Source: Octopus sinensis (taxonomy: Eukaryota). From it: a stretch of 64,000 nucleotides of DNA. The position numbers and the translations under genes are program-made. The stretch lies in assembly GCF_006345805.1 (NCBI RefSeq), contig NC_042997.1, positions 57,536,001 to 57,600,000 on the forward strand, given 5' to 3'. Positions 63,401 to 64,000 of this stretch are shown in pieces; position 1 is the first letter of the stretch; each line of letters opens with the position of its first letter. Under the pieces are notes generated by a model, which worked only from the letters and a program-made list of their open reading frames with translations, did no database searches and was not told the DNA's origin.

Positions 63401-64000
63401 ATCACTGGGTCGTTATTTCTTGATCATCAAATCCCATTTGTTGGGACTATATATCTTTATGCATGTAGTTAATATCAGTTAATATCTCTGCTATATACAC
63501 TTGTCAAATGCGTCTAGTAAAAGTTACAGCATAATCTATGTCATATTGGATTTTGCTATCAATAGAATAATATTAACTATGAATTTAAGATTTGAGATCA
63601 ATACTTTTATTTAAAAGATTATTTCAATTTAATACCAAACCTTTAAATTTTAAAAAGGTTAACTTTATTCAACAGTCGATTATATATTTTGCCATAGTGT
63701 AACTTATGTCATTAACACTAAAGCTATTACAGAAATTTAGCCATGCAAAAGACAAACTAACAAATGACAAGGAACTATATTACATATTTTATGATAAAAA
63801 TCAAGTAAAGAATTGACAAATAGTGTTCTCACCACCTGCACCTTAAAAAGTTCAATTTAAGAATATCTGACAATTATCAAAGTTTAGGGTGTATATTTAC
63901 TAATCAATAACTTTCTTGTGTCTAAATAAAATTATAAAGTAAGCAACCAGTCAACTAAAATTTTCTTAGGTATTTTTCTATTATTGAAAAAAAAAAGAAA

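Overview
AT-rich eukaryotic genomic DNA. The SINE families and dense (CA)n/(TA)n/(TAA)n/(CAT)n microsatellites suggest a coleoid cephalopod, probably Octopus (inference). Two spliced genes converge tail to tail, and both lack their 5' exons in this window. The + strand carries nine GT-AG exons (1195-14261) of a divergent importin-alpha-like ARM-repeat protein, most likely TMCO6. The - strand carries five exons (57719 down to 47479) of a RILP-like protein with coiled coil and RH2 domain, followed by at least two in-phase candidate last exons (41705-41756 and 35130-35202). The remainder is intron, UTR or intergenic DNA with mariner, Tigger/pogo, piggyBac-like MITE, CR1, RTE and Penelope remnants and many tRNA-derived SINEs. 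The most unusual signals are local inverted duplications not matching any repeat I recognise: a 54-nt segment in the loop of an old ~490-bp palindrome whose exact reverse complement (plus an 8-nt duplication) lies ~520 nt away, and a ~285-bp inverted duplication flanked by ~69-bp direct repeats. Almost all entries in the ORF track are microsatellite or repeat artefacts. No prokaryotic-type system or CRISPR array is present. All calls were made by eye without database searches.
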